A stretch of 37,927 bases of DNA from Hydrurus foetidus (taxonomy: Eukaryota). Below, piece by piece: positions 23,543 to 35,274 of the stretch (the first letter of the stretch is position 1; each line of letters opens with the position of its first letter). The notes beneath the pieces are model-generated. The model did no database searches, was not told the DNA's origin, and worked only from the letters and a program-made list of their open reading frames with translations. The DNA lies in assembly GCA_900617105.1 (NCBI GenBank), contig UYFQ01000481.1:1-37927 (forward strand), written 5' to 3'. Both the position numbers and the translations under genes were made by a program.

Positions 23543-26500
23543 ATGCCTTTGGTTGTGTGTAGTGGCTTAGATCGTACTGGCTATAATAATAACACTGTAA
23601 TCGACATAGGTATTAATTTCAAATCGATTAATAATGTATGCCATACCATATATTTGACTGTAAGGGTCAAAGAATCGTCGCTCATAGACTTAATTATTGG
23701 CAGAGTCTCTTTAAATAAATACTCGTTTTTTAAATTAACTCCTTTCGCTCTTGGGATAAGTGAGGAACACAAACCGATTTCCTCGTCAAGTTTCGATTGC
23801 TCAGCGTGCGACGAACTATCTGATGTCGAACCGTTACTTTCGCAACGGTTCACAACAATATTATCCAGTGATAGGATTAATAAAAATTTGATAAAAAAAT
23901 CAAAAAATTTACCTATCGAAGAACAGTCAGTTGCACAAAACTTTCTTCTACTTCTAATATCCTAAGGGACTTCGGACAACCTACAACCGAAGGGGAAAGA
24001 CTGACTATCTGTGGTCACTCATGTTGTTCGTCCGGGACAGGGTCCTGCCCGGCATTATTGGAATTAGCTACTCCAGAGGCCGGCTGTGAGAGGGGTCGGG
24101 CAGTTCATGGGAGTATCGTTCACCCTGAACTGACTCGTGACGGTGATACACCTCCCGAAGATGGATTAGATTACATCCCTCCGACACCAGGGTTTCTTAA
24201 CGACGAAACGCATGACACTTTAGGCCACTCGCCAAGTGTTGTCATTATCAGTAACGATGAGATTGACAGTGAGAAAACCGATACTTTCGGACCTTTCCTC
24301 CAAGGGACTAGCCCTGATTTACCGCCCGACAGTAACGGGTCAGACAAGTTTCTTGACGAAATAACTTTCGTTGGTATGGAAGACCAAATAATTGCAATGA
24401 AACTTCTCTGCTTAGAGTTTCGCGACTTGTTCAGCAATAAAATTGCAACTCTACCAGCTAAACTAGATCCGTTTAGACTGGATGTGAGGGAACAAGAATG
24501 GGAAATATCCGCAAACCGGACCCCGGTTCGACCCCAATCATCTCGTAAAGAGATTGAAATAAAAAGCCTTAGACGAGATGCTTTCATTAGGTATCATCGA
24601 ATCTTCGAGTGCAGTCTATTACAGTCACCCTGTAGTAGTACAAAAGACAGCTGATACGTATCGATTCTGCATCGATTACAGACTCTTAAATGCGTGCATG
24701 CAACCAGCTAGTTTTCCGCTACCGAATATTCGGGGTCTTTTTGAACGCATTGGCCGTCACCAAGCCGATATTTTCGGTGTAATGGACTTAACTGCCGGTT
24801 ACCATCAAGCTCCGCTTTATGAACCACATCGCCATTTTACGGCATTCATATGCTATGCAGGCATATTCCATTTTACTAGACTCCCCTTTGGACCTAGGTG
24901 TGCTCCCTCTTACTTCCAAGAGCAGATGGCCACCAAAGTCCTTCGCGGTCTCATATATATGATATGCGAAATATATCTTGACGATATAATTATATATGGC
25001 CGGGGATTTGCAGAGTTTCTTAGTAGACTGAGAGATATATTTTTACGTTTACGTGAATTTCGCATTTTGCTAAAAGCAAAGAAATGCAAATATGGTTGTA
25101 AAAGCCTAGAGTATGTTGGTCGTACAATCTCAAAAGACGGATTATCCATGTCTGAGACAAAAATTGAGTCTATACTCAACTTTCCAAGACCACAGACTTT
25201 AACAGCACTTCGCTCGTTACTGGGTCTTGCGAACTATTTTAGAGGATTTGTACCAAATCACTCTACTATAGTCGCACCTTTACAGAGATTAGTTGATTCT
25301 AAAGCTCACAAAAAATCACCAATTATTTGGACACCTAGTGCTATACTAGCATTCCAACACGTAAGAGTGGCTATATCAAGATGCCCTCTAATGTATTTTC
25401 TTGATGAAAAGTCAACTATTAAGTTATACACTGACGCATCAGATTATGGAATCGGTGGTGTGTTAATTCAAGTTGTTAACAATGAATGGAGACCTATCGC
25501 TTTCATAAACAAGTCACTTTCTGCAACACAATTAAAATGGTCCACGATACAAAAAGAAGCTTATGCTATCTATTACTCGTGTCAACAACTTGATTCTTTA
25601 ATTAGAGATCGTGAGTTTGAAATACATACCGATCACAAAAACATTACATATATGAAACAAACACCAACTTCAATGGTGTCACGGTGGTTTATAGCTTTAC
25701 AAGAATTAAATTTCAAAGTTATATTTGTGAAAGGCACACAAAATCAGCTAGCGGACGATCTATCAAGACTTTGTCCCAATATAGCTAAGTTAGCTTTACC
25801 GTTCACACCGGTAGCTACTAGTAATAATGATATGGTCGTTGGTGACCAAAGGACGGTGGACGAGGACGATGGACGAGGACGGAGGCGAAAAACGAAGATG
25901 GGGGAGATGGAAGAGTATTCTTATAGTTTACAGCGAGGTATGTGTACTCGCGTGGAAACTTACCGGACTTCACTACAGTACAGTGTATCCGTACATGCAG
26001 TACAGATACAGTGAGGCTACAATGAAATGGTATTATCTGCACTGACAGTTATACCTGAACCTAATCCAGAACAACTTGAATGGATGGAACAATGTCACAA
26101 CGCAATAGTTGGACATGGTGGTTCTTCTAGAACTCTTACCAAACTTTTCAGTTTAGGTCATGCGTGGAAGTATATGCGACAGCACGTACGTATGTTCATT
26201 GCATCTTGCCCATGCTGTCAAAAGATGAGCATGATAAAGGTACCGGTTGAAGTTCAACATTATGTGACTTCTTCTAACCGACCTTTTGACGTCGTGAATA
26301 TCGATTTTATCGGGCCATACCCAGACGATTCATACGTTCTTGTTATTATTGACACATTTTCTAAATGGATTGAACTTTTCCATTGCAAAGATGCCACTGC
26401 TAAATCAGCATGTGAGGCACTCTTGCAACATTTTGGTCGCTACGGCGCTCCCAATATGATTAGATCTGATAAAGGTTCTCATTTCGCAAACGATTTGATT

Positions 26501-27345
26501 AAAGAGTTTCTTGTTTTAACAGGTACTCCACACAACCTTACATTATCTTATTCTAAACAAGAAAATGGGGTAGTTGAACGTGCTAACAGAGAAGTCAACA
26601 GACATCTTCGCGCATTAACCTTCGAAACTAATGATGTAGATAACTACAGATTAAGTCTTCCATTTGTACAAAGAATTATAAATAGTTCTATACACGAAAC
26701 TACAGGCGTAGCACCTGCTAGTATGTTGTTCGGGAATCAAGTAAATCTTGATAGAGGTATTCTTATACCCAATCCGGTAATTCGAAACACTGAAAAGAGC
26801 TCAGCTCTTATATCTAATATGTTATACATACAAGATCAAATAATGCTAAATGCAATTGCAAAAGTAACACTAGCAAAAGCAAGACATTTAGTGAAAAATG
26901 CCAAACCATTGACTGTATTTCCAGTTGGTCCATATGTTTTAGCAAAGTATTCTGTGGGGCCACCGACTCGTTTACACACTAAATGGCAGGGCCATTTCAG
27001 GTCATTTCGTATATCGATTCAGAGTACACATTACTTAATTTAGTGAATAAATCTGAACGAATTACCCATGCAAGTAATCTGAAGCAGTTTATTTTTGATC
27101 CTTCAAGAACATCTGCTCCAGATATTGCTAGACGAGATTATACGGAATTCTTTGTTGAATCCATTGTAGAACATCGTGGAGACACAAAACGATTAAATTC
27201 GTTGTTTTTTAAAGTAAAATGGCTCAATTACGATGATTCACATAATTCATGTGAACCATGGAATGCATTAAGAACATGCGACAAATTACACGATTATCTT
27301 CGTTCAAATCAAAAGCTCAAGAAATTGATGCCTAAAAACTTCTAA
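23543..27345 (+). pseudogene. pol: Gypsy pol: protease C-terminal remnant, RT, RNase H, integrase, chromodomain
   Basis: DLIIGR (PR). RFCIDYR, DLTAGYHQ, LPFG and YLDD (RT). TDASDYG, TDHKN and ADDLSR (RNase H). HHCC, IDFIGP/SDKG/VERAN and GPF (IN). FFVESIVEH...FKVKWLNY...EPW (chromodomain). Confidence 0.95.
25828..26021 (-). repeat. Probable solo LTR inserted antisense between RNase H and integrase
   Basis: TG...CA ends. The minus strand starts TGTAGCC like the host Gypsy LTR and has TATAAG followed by a pyrimidine run. Imperfect 4-bp TSD ataa/atga. Removing it restores the open frame. Confidence 0.6.
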
Positions 27346-27733
27346 ACATTAATTTGTTATTATGAGTGGTATCTTTTGAAGATTTTTAGCCTAATTTTTT
27401 GCCCTCTGGGTTTTTATGGTTTTTTAGTCAGTAAGAATCTGACATACCCACATCATAATATATGTTATTTTGTACATACATTAATTTGTATTGATTTACA
27501 AAATAAACTTATTTCCACGACCACTCCCGACTCTCTTTAAATTTTGTTATTTTGTAACATTTTGTTTTTACTATTTTATATTGAAATCTTTTCTTTTTCT
27601 TTTATATTTCTGTAATCGAATTACTTTTCTTGTAAATATTTTAGTGGAATTTTTTTTTTTTTTTTTTTGAAAAATAGCTTAATTAGAGATAAGTGGGAGT
27701 AGGGTCATTCTCTGTGGAGATAAGTAGGAGTAG

Positions 27734-27950
27734 TGTAGCCATATGCCATTTAGTATGGCATTATGAGCTTCTAGGACTATCGGTCTACAGATCGGTCTAC
27801 AGGGTCGTAGGCTTCGAGCCTCACCCTTACATCGTGTATTCTGCTATCATCTAGCTAGTCCACGTAGAAGTTACCCTAGCTACGGCTTTCCCCTGTAACT
27901 AAGACTTCAGCTCCTCTCCTTCCTTTCTCTCTTTTGCCATTAGGACTACA
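27734..27950 (+). repeat. Gypsy 3' LTR (217 bp)
   Basis: Preceded by the PPT gagataagtaggagtag. Confidence 0.96.
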
Positions 27951-28897
27951 GTATTTTAGGATATATTGCGGGACCTTTTCTACTCTCTTCCCATAAATCT
28001 GATGATCTTGCTCTGTATTTTGCTGCCATAACTTTATTGGTTACTTTGCTTTTCATGTTTCTGGAAGTATCAACTATATAACTGAATAGACATCTATGTA
28101 AGAAAGATGACTTATAAATGTTTTTTTCATTATCATAACACTTCATTTTTGCCATAAATCGAACAAAGTCTTTGTATATATGTCCATCTTCCGGAATTAA
28201 TTCTAATTCCTGAAGTTCAGATTTATGTTTCTGTAGTGTCCATGGAGATGTTAATGTTAGGTAATACAATGCTGCTCTGTCTAATTTTTTTTTCTCGATA
28301 ATTGAACAATTTTTGTTGCAGTGTTTTATATTATTATCGTCAATACTATTAAAAATTTTTGGAGAACCTCCACAGAGAACTGGAGTAAGCAATTTTGATC
28401 GAACTCTTTGTGTATGAGTAGCGTGTAATGGATGCATAGCTTGTAAGTTGTAGGTTTTATTTTTGTGTCGCTTTAGATTTAAAGAAATACTGTTACTTTG
28501 AACCTTAAGTGGAATGATCCCAATTATAGATACGTATTCTAATAATGGTAATTGTTTTAACAATTGACCTCTATAAGCGTAATAAATATCTTGTGCTACA
28601 GGAATACTTTTTATGGTATTATTAGTTTCTATGGTGAATATTGAGGCACTTCCTAATAATGATTGAATCGAGTCATCCTTTATTAGTGTATCAAAATTAT
28701 CATCATCATTTTTTATGGCATCATGAACTATTTCATTTAAAAAATTCTCATCAGTTATTTTCTTTTTGCATTTTGTCTTACTTATTTTTAAATTTGATTT
28801 TTTAATTCTTTCTTTGATACATCTGCATGCATCATTAATGAAAACATATCCATTCTTAAATGATCCAAATTGTGCTGTCATATTTAATAAATGTAAT
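27951..28897 (-). pseudogene. Helitron-like RepHel linker region, truncated upstream
   Basis: Open frame joins the helicase ORF once the Gypsy is removed. The first 17 codons of the listed ORF are actually Copia LTR sequence. Confidence 0.75.
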
Positions 28898-28998
28898 TTG
28901 CGGTCAATGTTATCGCTGAATGTACGTACACCCGTGCATGAAAACAATCATACATCACACAGGGTACAAGATCCTGATCTAATCCGGATATCACAACA
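28898..28998 (-). repeat. Copia-1 5' LTR, outer part (includes the right copy of the 47-bp duplication)
   Basis: Matches 807-901 apart from a 6-bp indel and a few substitutions. Confidence 0.9.
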
Positions 28999-29825
28999 CA
29001 CTCTACCCCCCTCTTGGTTTACCGATCACAGAGTAGTTCCGGAACGTGAGATTTCCAACAATAGAATACCCTGCGTTGGTACATAGGGTTTTTTTCGTTT
29101 TCCTATTGCCTATGCATAGGGTTTTTTACCGTTTCCCTATATAGGTTATCCTATAGGGTTATGGTATGTTCGTTCGCGGTCAGTACGGTACATGAAAAAA
29201 AATGAAAAGTGTACGTACGTATTTTATTCATGTCACATGAAAATAGAGGTGTCGTTCGAACAGTGCATGAAATTCAATTGACATATGATCAAATCGTGGC
29301 ATTCAGCTTTCCTAGTGATTCAACAATATCAGTAAGGCGTTCACTCCTTCGTCCACAAGTTCTTGGCCGTAGTCAGCGTCGTCTACTTCGTCAATCTCAT
29401 CGGAAACTTTGCATGATTAAATTTACTAGGCGTATAGATTGACAGATTGTAACCAAACTTGTAGTAAATTGCGAATCGTCGTATTCAAGTTTTCTGCAAT
29501 TCAATTCGAATTGCACCCAGGAGATAGGAGACAGGAGCCCAGTGCTGCCAACAATGTGGTGGGGTCGGAAATGTGGTGGGTTCTCTCAAAATGCCCCATT
29601 TTGAACCCCCATAAATATATTTCTCAAAAACTGAATATTTTATTTGAGTAATTGGATAGCTGTGATTCCATTTTCAAAATCGAATTTATTTGAAACAAAT
29701 TCTGAAATACAGATATTCCCTTAGGAAATATATCGCTGGTTTTTAACTTGATTCTGGCTGCATTCTCAAGGTAAGTTAGATATCTTATCGTGTCAGAAAT
29801 GGTCGAATTAGTGGAGATGTGAAAA

Positions 29826-29981
29826 GATTTGACGTAAAACGGAACGATTCAAGAGATAAAACGTTTTCAGAGACAATTTACAGTATTTCCCCCGAAAAAT
29901 GACGTAAACTCACGGTCCGGAATCCACGAAAACACTGTAAATTGTCTCTGAAAACGATTTATCTCAAATCTACGTCAAATC
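29826..29981. repeat. Internal inverted repeat (foldback)
   Basis: 29853-29888 pairs with 29930-29965 (34/36), and gatttgacgta 29826-29836 pairs with 29971-29981. Confidence 0.9.
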
Positions 29982-30236
29982 TGATGGCTGCAATATATCT
30001 AACCGCAACGATAATCAGGAAATCACATTTGTTTCAATACTCAATTTGAAATACTCAATTTTAGCTATTATGGGGTTAAATAAGTGACGGGCTTTCGGCT
30101 GAAGCGTCGAGGAAACAGTCTGAGTGTTCGAACTAGGACTTTTCAAAAAACATAGGGAACAACTGGTTCCTATATATAGGGTACTATAATATAGGGTATT
30201 CCATCAAAAGCCTATAGAGGACCCTATGCCTGTGTA

Positions 30237-31819
30237 CAGTGTCGGACAAAAAAGTCGAGACCCCCCCATTTTCACGGATTTTTACAGACAACTTTTTTAC
30301 GGTTACAGCTACGGTTTCAAGTTGAGTGACGAATAGCTAGAAAATTCAATTGCGGTTCTGCCCATATATACTTTAGATAGGTGAATTTCAAATCTTAGCG
30401 TTCAAATTTCAAAAAATTGGTCGGCGCCGCAGCGAGAAAAGTGGTCAGCACTTTTCAGCGCTGCAATTCTTCAGTTATGGAGCGCAGTAAGAAAAATCCT
30501 TTGAAGAGTACTCTTCATACGCATACTGGAAGGGTTTCCAACAATCACCGCAGCAATCGGACAGTTCTGGAGCATAGAAGACGAGCCTCAACCGGTCCCA
30601 AGGAAAAATCGAGGAAAAGACCTCGATGAAGTCCAATGCGGTGGTATTGTCACCAGTAAACGGCTTGGATTGTCAATCAAGAAGATAATGAAGGTCTACA
30701 AGAAGTCCAGGTCAGCGATATTCAAAGTTCTGAGGAAATACAAGCTGGACAAAGTACTGGGTAGGGCAGATGGAAGTGGCAGAAAGCGAAAAACAACGGC
30801 GCAACAGGATCGGAGGATCATGCTCGAAGTCAGAAAGGATCGCAAGGTCACTGGTGAGGAAATCCGTGCATCGCTTGGCCTTAACGTCAGCGACAAGACG
30901 ATAAGGAGGAGGATCAGTGAGTCGGGAGAATTCAAGTCTTACTGGGCTACGAAGAAGCCTTTCATTAACGAGGTGAACAGGAAGAAGCGTGTCGACTGGT
31001 GTCGGCTCCACCAACACTGGACTATTGAACAATGGAGAAACGTCCTCTGGTCCGATGAGTCACCTTTTGTGCTAAGATTCAACAAGAAGATTAGGGTCTG
31101 GCGCCGGTACAATGAACGGTACAATCCAGCATGCACCATAGCGTCTGTCAAGCACGACAAGAAGATCATGGTTTGGGGTTGCTTCGCAGCTGCAGGAACC
31201 GGCAGCTTACACAAGGTGCAGGGAATAATGGAGCAAGTCCAGTATCGAGAAATCCTCGAAGAGAAGATGCTGACTAGTGCGGAGGATCTCTTTCCTGACG
31301 GTGGATGGACCTTTCAACAGGACAATGACCCAAAGCATACCGCCAGACTCACGAAAAGGTGGTTTGAAGACACTGGGATACTCGTCCTCGACTGGCCTTC
31401 TCAATCTCCAGACCTTAATCCCATCGAAAACCTCTGGTCCATACTGGATGCCAATCTCAAGAATTGGAAGCCACAAAACGAAGATGAGCTGTTCGAAGTG
31501 CTGAAAGAAGGCTGGAGAGACCTCCCAGTAGCCTTGTTAGAACTTTTGTCAGACAGCATGCCGCGTAGAATAGAAGCTGTGATCAAAGCGAAAGGTTTTG
31601 CGACGAAGTACTAAAACACCTCACATGAGTAGAACTATTTTCTTGAAATTTGAACGCCAAGATTTGAAATTCACCTATCTAAAGTATATATGGGCAGAAC
31701 CGCAATTGAATTTTCTAGCTATTCGTCACTCAACTTGAAACCGTAGCTGTAACCGTAAAAAAGTTGTCTGTAAAAATCCGTGAAAATGGGGGGGGTCTCG
31801 ACTTTTTTGTCCGACACTG
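30237..31819 (+). mobile_element. Tc1 family transposon
   Basis: TA TSD (30235-30236 and 31820-31821). Near-identical TIRs of about 176 bp starting CAGTG (30237-30412 and 31643-31819). Confidence 0.97.
30477..31614 (+). CDS. Tc1 transposase, DD34E (start uncertain; a possible mini-exon 30477-30486 splices to 30554)
   Basis: GRKR, KKPFI, WSDES, MVWGCF, QQDNDPKH and WPSQSPDLNPIE, with 34 residues between the second D and the E. Frame is open from 30505 to 31614. Confidence 0.92.
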
Positions 31820-31999
31820 TACCAACGCAGAGAATGCCTTCTATACATTCAAGAGTGCACAGCACAGCAGGGTTGTGTTTGATTCGTAAGCTCCTTTCCC
31901 ATGAATCAGAGCATCGGAAAGTCTACGGTGGACAATAGTTAGCACTCTTCAAACACCCTTCAGCGATAGAATTCGTTGACAACATCCACCTGACGCGGA

Positions 32000-32962
32000 A
32001 TGCGGGGGTCCGCTGTATTAATCTACTCAGCTTTCATTGAGCTGTGTAATCATCTGATTTTTGCGGGAACAGTTTGCGATCGTTTGTCTTCTTTGCAATT
32101 TTATGAAGAGAAGTTGTACTCACAAAACGGTGAAGATGGTGTTCTAGTCACCTTACTAGATATCATCAAAGTTAAATACAGCTCTTACGTCGAGTTTGGC
32201 GTGGAGGATGGCATTGAATGCAACACCAGGATACTACGAGAGCATTTTGGTTTCCACGGTCTCATGATGGATGGAGGTCACGAAAATACAGCGATCAATC
32301 TTCATCAGGAGCTTATCACTGTGTCGAATGTTTTGAATTTGTTTCAAAAATATCACGTTGTACGCGATTTTGACGTCTTATCGATCGATGTTGACATGTT
32401 CGATTTTTGGATCATGGCAAAATTGCTTGGCGAGGGACATTACCGTCCAAGAATAATTATCGTCGAAACCAATCCAACTCTGTGCCTGAATATTGGAAAA
32501 ATCGGGCCTAATAGAATGAAAGACTACTCACAAATAAACTCCCTGCCACTGACGGTCATTCATCCTAACATGACGGATCAGATAGCATGGGATCTCTCAC
32601 GATACGCCGGAGCAAATCCTCTTTCCTTTCAACTGCTCGGTAAGGAGTTTGGATACGAAACAATTCACTGTGAGAGATGTGGAGTAAACTGCTTTCTAGT
32701 TTTACGTACTGAATTGCCGATTGAGTGCCAAAAAGATTACCCACTACCAACGGTTCCGTATCCATGCTTCGGCACGGCAAGAACAGGTCTGGCCTATCCT
32801 GGTCATGAAATTGATCTCCTAGAGAGATCGGCTGTGAAAGTGAGTCCACAATTGCTTCAAGGTATCAAATCAGGGAACTTCACAGTCGCTGATGTGGAAG
32901 CTTCGACTATAAGCTGCAGCTCGCGAATGGATAATCCTAGCATATTACAGCGCTACAGTTGA
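32000..32962 (+). CDS. FkbM-like SAM-dependent methyltransferase-fold protein with hydrophobic N-terminus (host gene, intronless)
   Basis: YSQNGEDG, YVEFGVEDG.ECNT, GLMMDG, DVLSIDVD..DFW and PRIIIVE.N. Confidence 0.75.
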   Translation: MRGSAVLIYSAFIELCNHLIFAGTVCDRLSSLQFYEEKLYSQNGEDGVLVTLLDIIKVKYSSYVEFGVEDGIECNTRILREHFGFHGLMMDGGHENTAINLHQELITVSNVLNLFQKYHVVRDFDVLSIDVDMFDFWIMAKLLGEGHYRPRIIIVETNPTLCLNIGKIGPNRMKDYSQINSLPLTVIHPNMTDQIAWDLSRYAGANPLSFQLLGKEFGYETIHCERCGVNCFLVLRTELPIECQKDYPLPTVPYPCFGTARTGLAYPGHEIDLLERSAVKVSPQLLQGIKSGNFTVADVEASTISCSSRMDNPSILQRYS

Positions 32963-33322
32963 CGACAACTTTCTATGATTTGGTTGTCCGTGTACATATT
33001 GCCTAAGTGATGTAATCAGCATCTGTGACGGACGATGCCACGAAGATGACTGTTTTTTTCATTTCAAAACTTTTCTGCATATTTATCACTTAACTACGCA
33101 TAAAAAACGACAATAGGACCTCGCACAATGCTATCTGTCACTGACTGCTTTGTATGATTTAAATTTGAACAGTATATATCACTCGATACAGTCCCAAAAT
33201 TGATGAGTGGAAGTAATTACCAACCGAAGTGTCGCATCTCCGTCTACTGGTCGGGTTCGCAGAGCTCACCACAGCTACCTCTCTCGTTTCAGTCCGTCGA
33301 AGGCTGATGTGTCTTTATGGGC

Positions 33323-34486
33323 TCACGCAATTAACTTTACTATAAGAGATCCTACTCCATACGCGACACCTGCAGAAGATGCTGCTACGAGAAGTGTCTC
33401 GGCGCCAGAGTACACCCAAAAGACGGAACTGAAGCTGCTCTTAGTTGAGCCAAGCAGGAAGACGAAAAAGGCTGAGATACTCAGTGCTGCGTAAAACATG
33501 TTCTTGTCATCAGCGATGTCCCACTGCCCGAAACAGTACACAATTAATGGCAGACTGCCAAAACCTGCGAAGGATATAGCCATTAGAAAAGCGTCGGTGA
33601 GTAACACAGCGTCGTCGTCTTCAGGCAGCTGTAACCCCAACTCCTCCGTCACCATCAAATTGACGAAAAATCCTTCATACTGCGCCATTTTCGAAACGCA
33701 TAATTCAGCATCGGCCTTGGCCATTCCTCTTGATACAAATCTTTTGACCATCTTCATCACGGGGAGAATTGGACAAGATTGAGTGGATCAAAACAAAGGT
33801 TTTTTTTAATTTCGTGGCAATTTTTCGTACCTCTTTTGTCTCGATGTCCTTGAAATGCTTAAACTCCCATAATTCTCTCCTTTTTTCTGCCTGGATGAAC
33901 TCTCTGTGCGCTTTCGATGACAAGTACTCTCCTGCACCCATGGAGAGAGCATTTGCTGCAATCGTTGAGAAACCCATGACCAGCACAATATGCCACGAGA
34001 ACTCACCTCCTATATTTGGATGTGGAATCAATCAATATACCATCTTGCACCGAATATCAAGTGTCAAGGACTTCTGTCATGGAATATTACCTGCAGCACC
34101 CGATATGATTGTGAGAATTGTTATCAAACCATCTAAGCCGCCAAAAACCACTGATCTAATCACATATTTCCCGTTCGACAAGAGTTTGTGCGAGTAATCA
34201 AAATGGACCTTCGGGTACTGATGCATTGCAAGAAAAATTACTCACTTGACAAAGTCTGCAGATAGTAGAGGTGCTTGATCGTCGAATTCGCTGATTGCCT
34301 CCCCCATCTCCATAGAGTATCTGTGGCAAGCAAAGAAGCGAGTGAATGACCGATTTCCGATTGTGTTATTCCAGCCGAAACAACTTACCCAGCGGTAGTT
34401 CCTTTTTTAGCTGACTCCTTGCCTTGCCCTTTACTGCGGCTGCTACTTAACTCGGAGCCAACTAACCTCGCAGATTCCTGTGACAT
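33323..34486 (-). CDS. VIT1: VIT1/CCC1-family vacuolar iron/manganese transporter (host gene, about 5 exons)
   Basis: IRSVVFGGLDGL, ANALSMGAGEYLSSKA, EKRRELWE, MVTEELG and SFAGFGSLPL. GT-AG introns at 33752-33830, 34010-34090 and 34321-34388. One intron (donor 34245) has an unresolved acceptor. Confidence 0.88.
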
Positions 34487-35021
34487 TCTCCTCTTGATTC
34501 AGGGTAAACACTATTACCAAGATGAAGTACGATAAAAGTTGTGAGATGACGTAATGAAGCAATGTCTTGAGTATCTCCAAGGGCTCGCTTGCTAAACCCA
34601 GGGAGCAAAACAAATGAGCTACAATGACATACCAGATACAATCTTTTGAGTGACTTCGCTTTGATTTTTGGGAATTCTCTGGCACAGTCCAGTAAATTGC
34701 AGCCCTTCTTTTCCGCTCACAGTGCCTCTGATGGAGCACTCAGTCAAATAAAATACATCAGTGCATATCCTCCTTTATTATGACTAGCAGCCTCATTGGT
34801 ATGTCGACAGTCGACCCATGCATCATGCTATTCCAGTGCCCGGCATTAGGCCACGGACAATAATCAGGCCATGTTGGGATATGCGTAGACTAGGAATCCC
34901 TTTGGGGATAATATCATGAGCGATATCCAGTCCGGATAGTTGTAGCTTAGGCATACGTTTTATGATTCCTTGTAGACCGGTTGATACTATACACCAACCC
35001 GCGGTCACATCAGGAATGAAA

Positions 35022-35274
35022 TGTTGGAGTGATGAATCACACCAAGTAGCATACTAGCAGTTAGTATACAGCTGATGAAGTGGATGTTTTGACATGCTAA
35101 CCACTTCTTATTAAAAGAGACTATATGACATCACGTCATTATACCTACACTAGTTGACTTTTCTGCTGCTCTGGCTAGGCTTGCATTTCACAAGGTGTAT
35201 TCTCAACGAATCACTAGCAACCTACCAGTTCAGTACCGGGATCAGTTATCCCTAAAGGAACGGTTTTACCAAGA
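35022..35274 (+). repeat. Inferred Copia-3 5' LTR
   Basis: TGTTGG...CCAAGA (one mismatch from CCAACA). The partner LTR is not in the window. The end is supported by the adjacent self-complementary PBS-like site. Confidence 0.55.

Larger units (their letters stand above)
21672..27950 (+). mobile_element. Ty3/Gypsy LTR retrotransposon with chromodomain
   Basis: TGTAG...CTACA LTRs, 4-bp TSD gtat (21668-21671 and 27951-27954), and RT-RH-IN-chromo order. Confidence 0.96.
6603..28897 (-). mobile_element. 5'-truncated Helitron-like (HLE2/Helentron-like) element, about 5.8 kb once nested elements are removed
   Basis: AT-rich. PIF1 helicase motifs rejoin in frame across both nested insertions (NVNPKKGL|ANGT and YPKI|QTVCQ). 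Rep-helicase linker motifs YAYRG..L..LPLLEY, HPLHATHTQR and YYLTLTSPW are present. No HUH Rep motifs were seen. Confidence 0.8.
629..28998 (-). mobile_element. Ty1/Copia LTR retrotransposon Copia-1 (CoDi-like); internal region 902-6377, 5' LTR split by a 22.3-kb nested insertion
   Basis: Domain order is gag-PR-IN-RT-RH. LTR copies lie at 629-901 and at 6378-6602/28898-28998. Confidence 0.93.
29071..31830. mobile_element. Non-autonomous TIR element (about 1.18 kb without the Tc1), superfamily uncertain
   Basis: TIR ctgcgttggtacaYagg; the right copy is rebuilt after removing the Tc1. Imperfect 8-bp TSD agaatacc/agaatgcc. Many ataggg/cctata subterminal repeats at both ends. Confidence 0.75.

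Noticed and set aside
6603..28897. Giant-virus or Polinton origin of the AT-rich helicase/protease block; Fanzor/TnpB cargo
   Set aside because: No polB, capsid, packaging ATPase or RuvC motifs were recognised, and the linker motifs fit RepHel better.
34443..35008. Short minus-strand ORFs upstream of VIT1
   Set aside because: No recognisable motifs; probably promoter or intergenic DNA.
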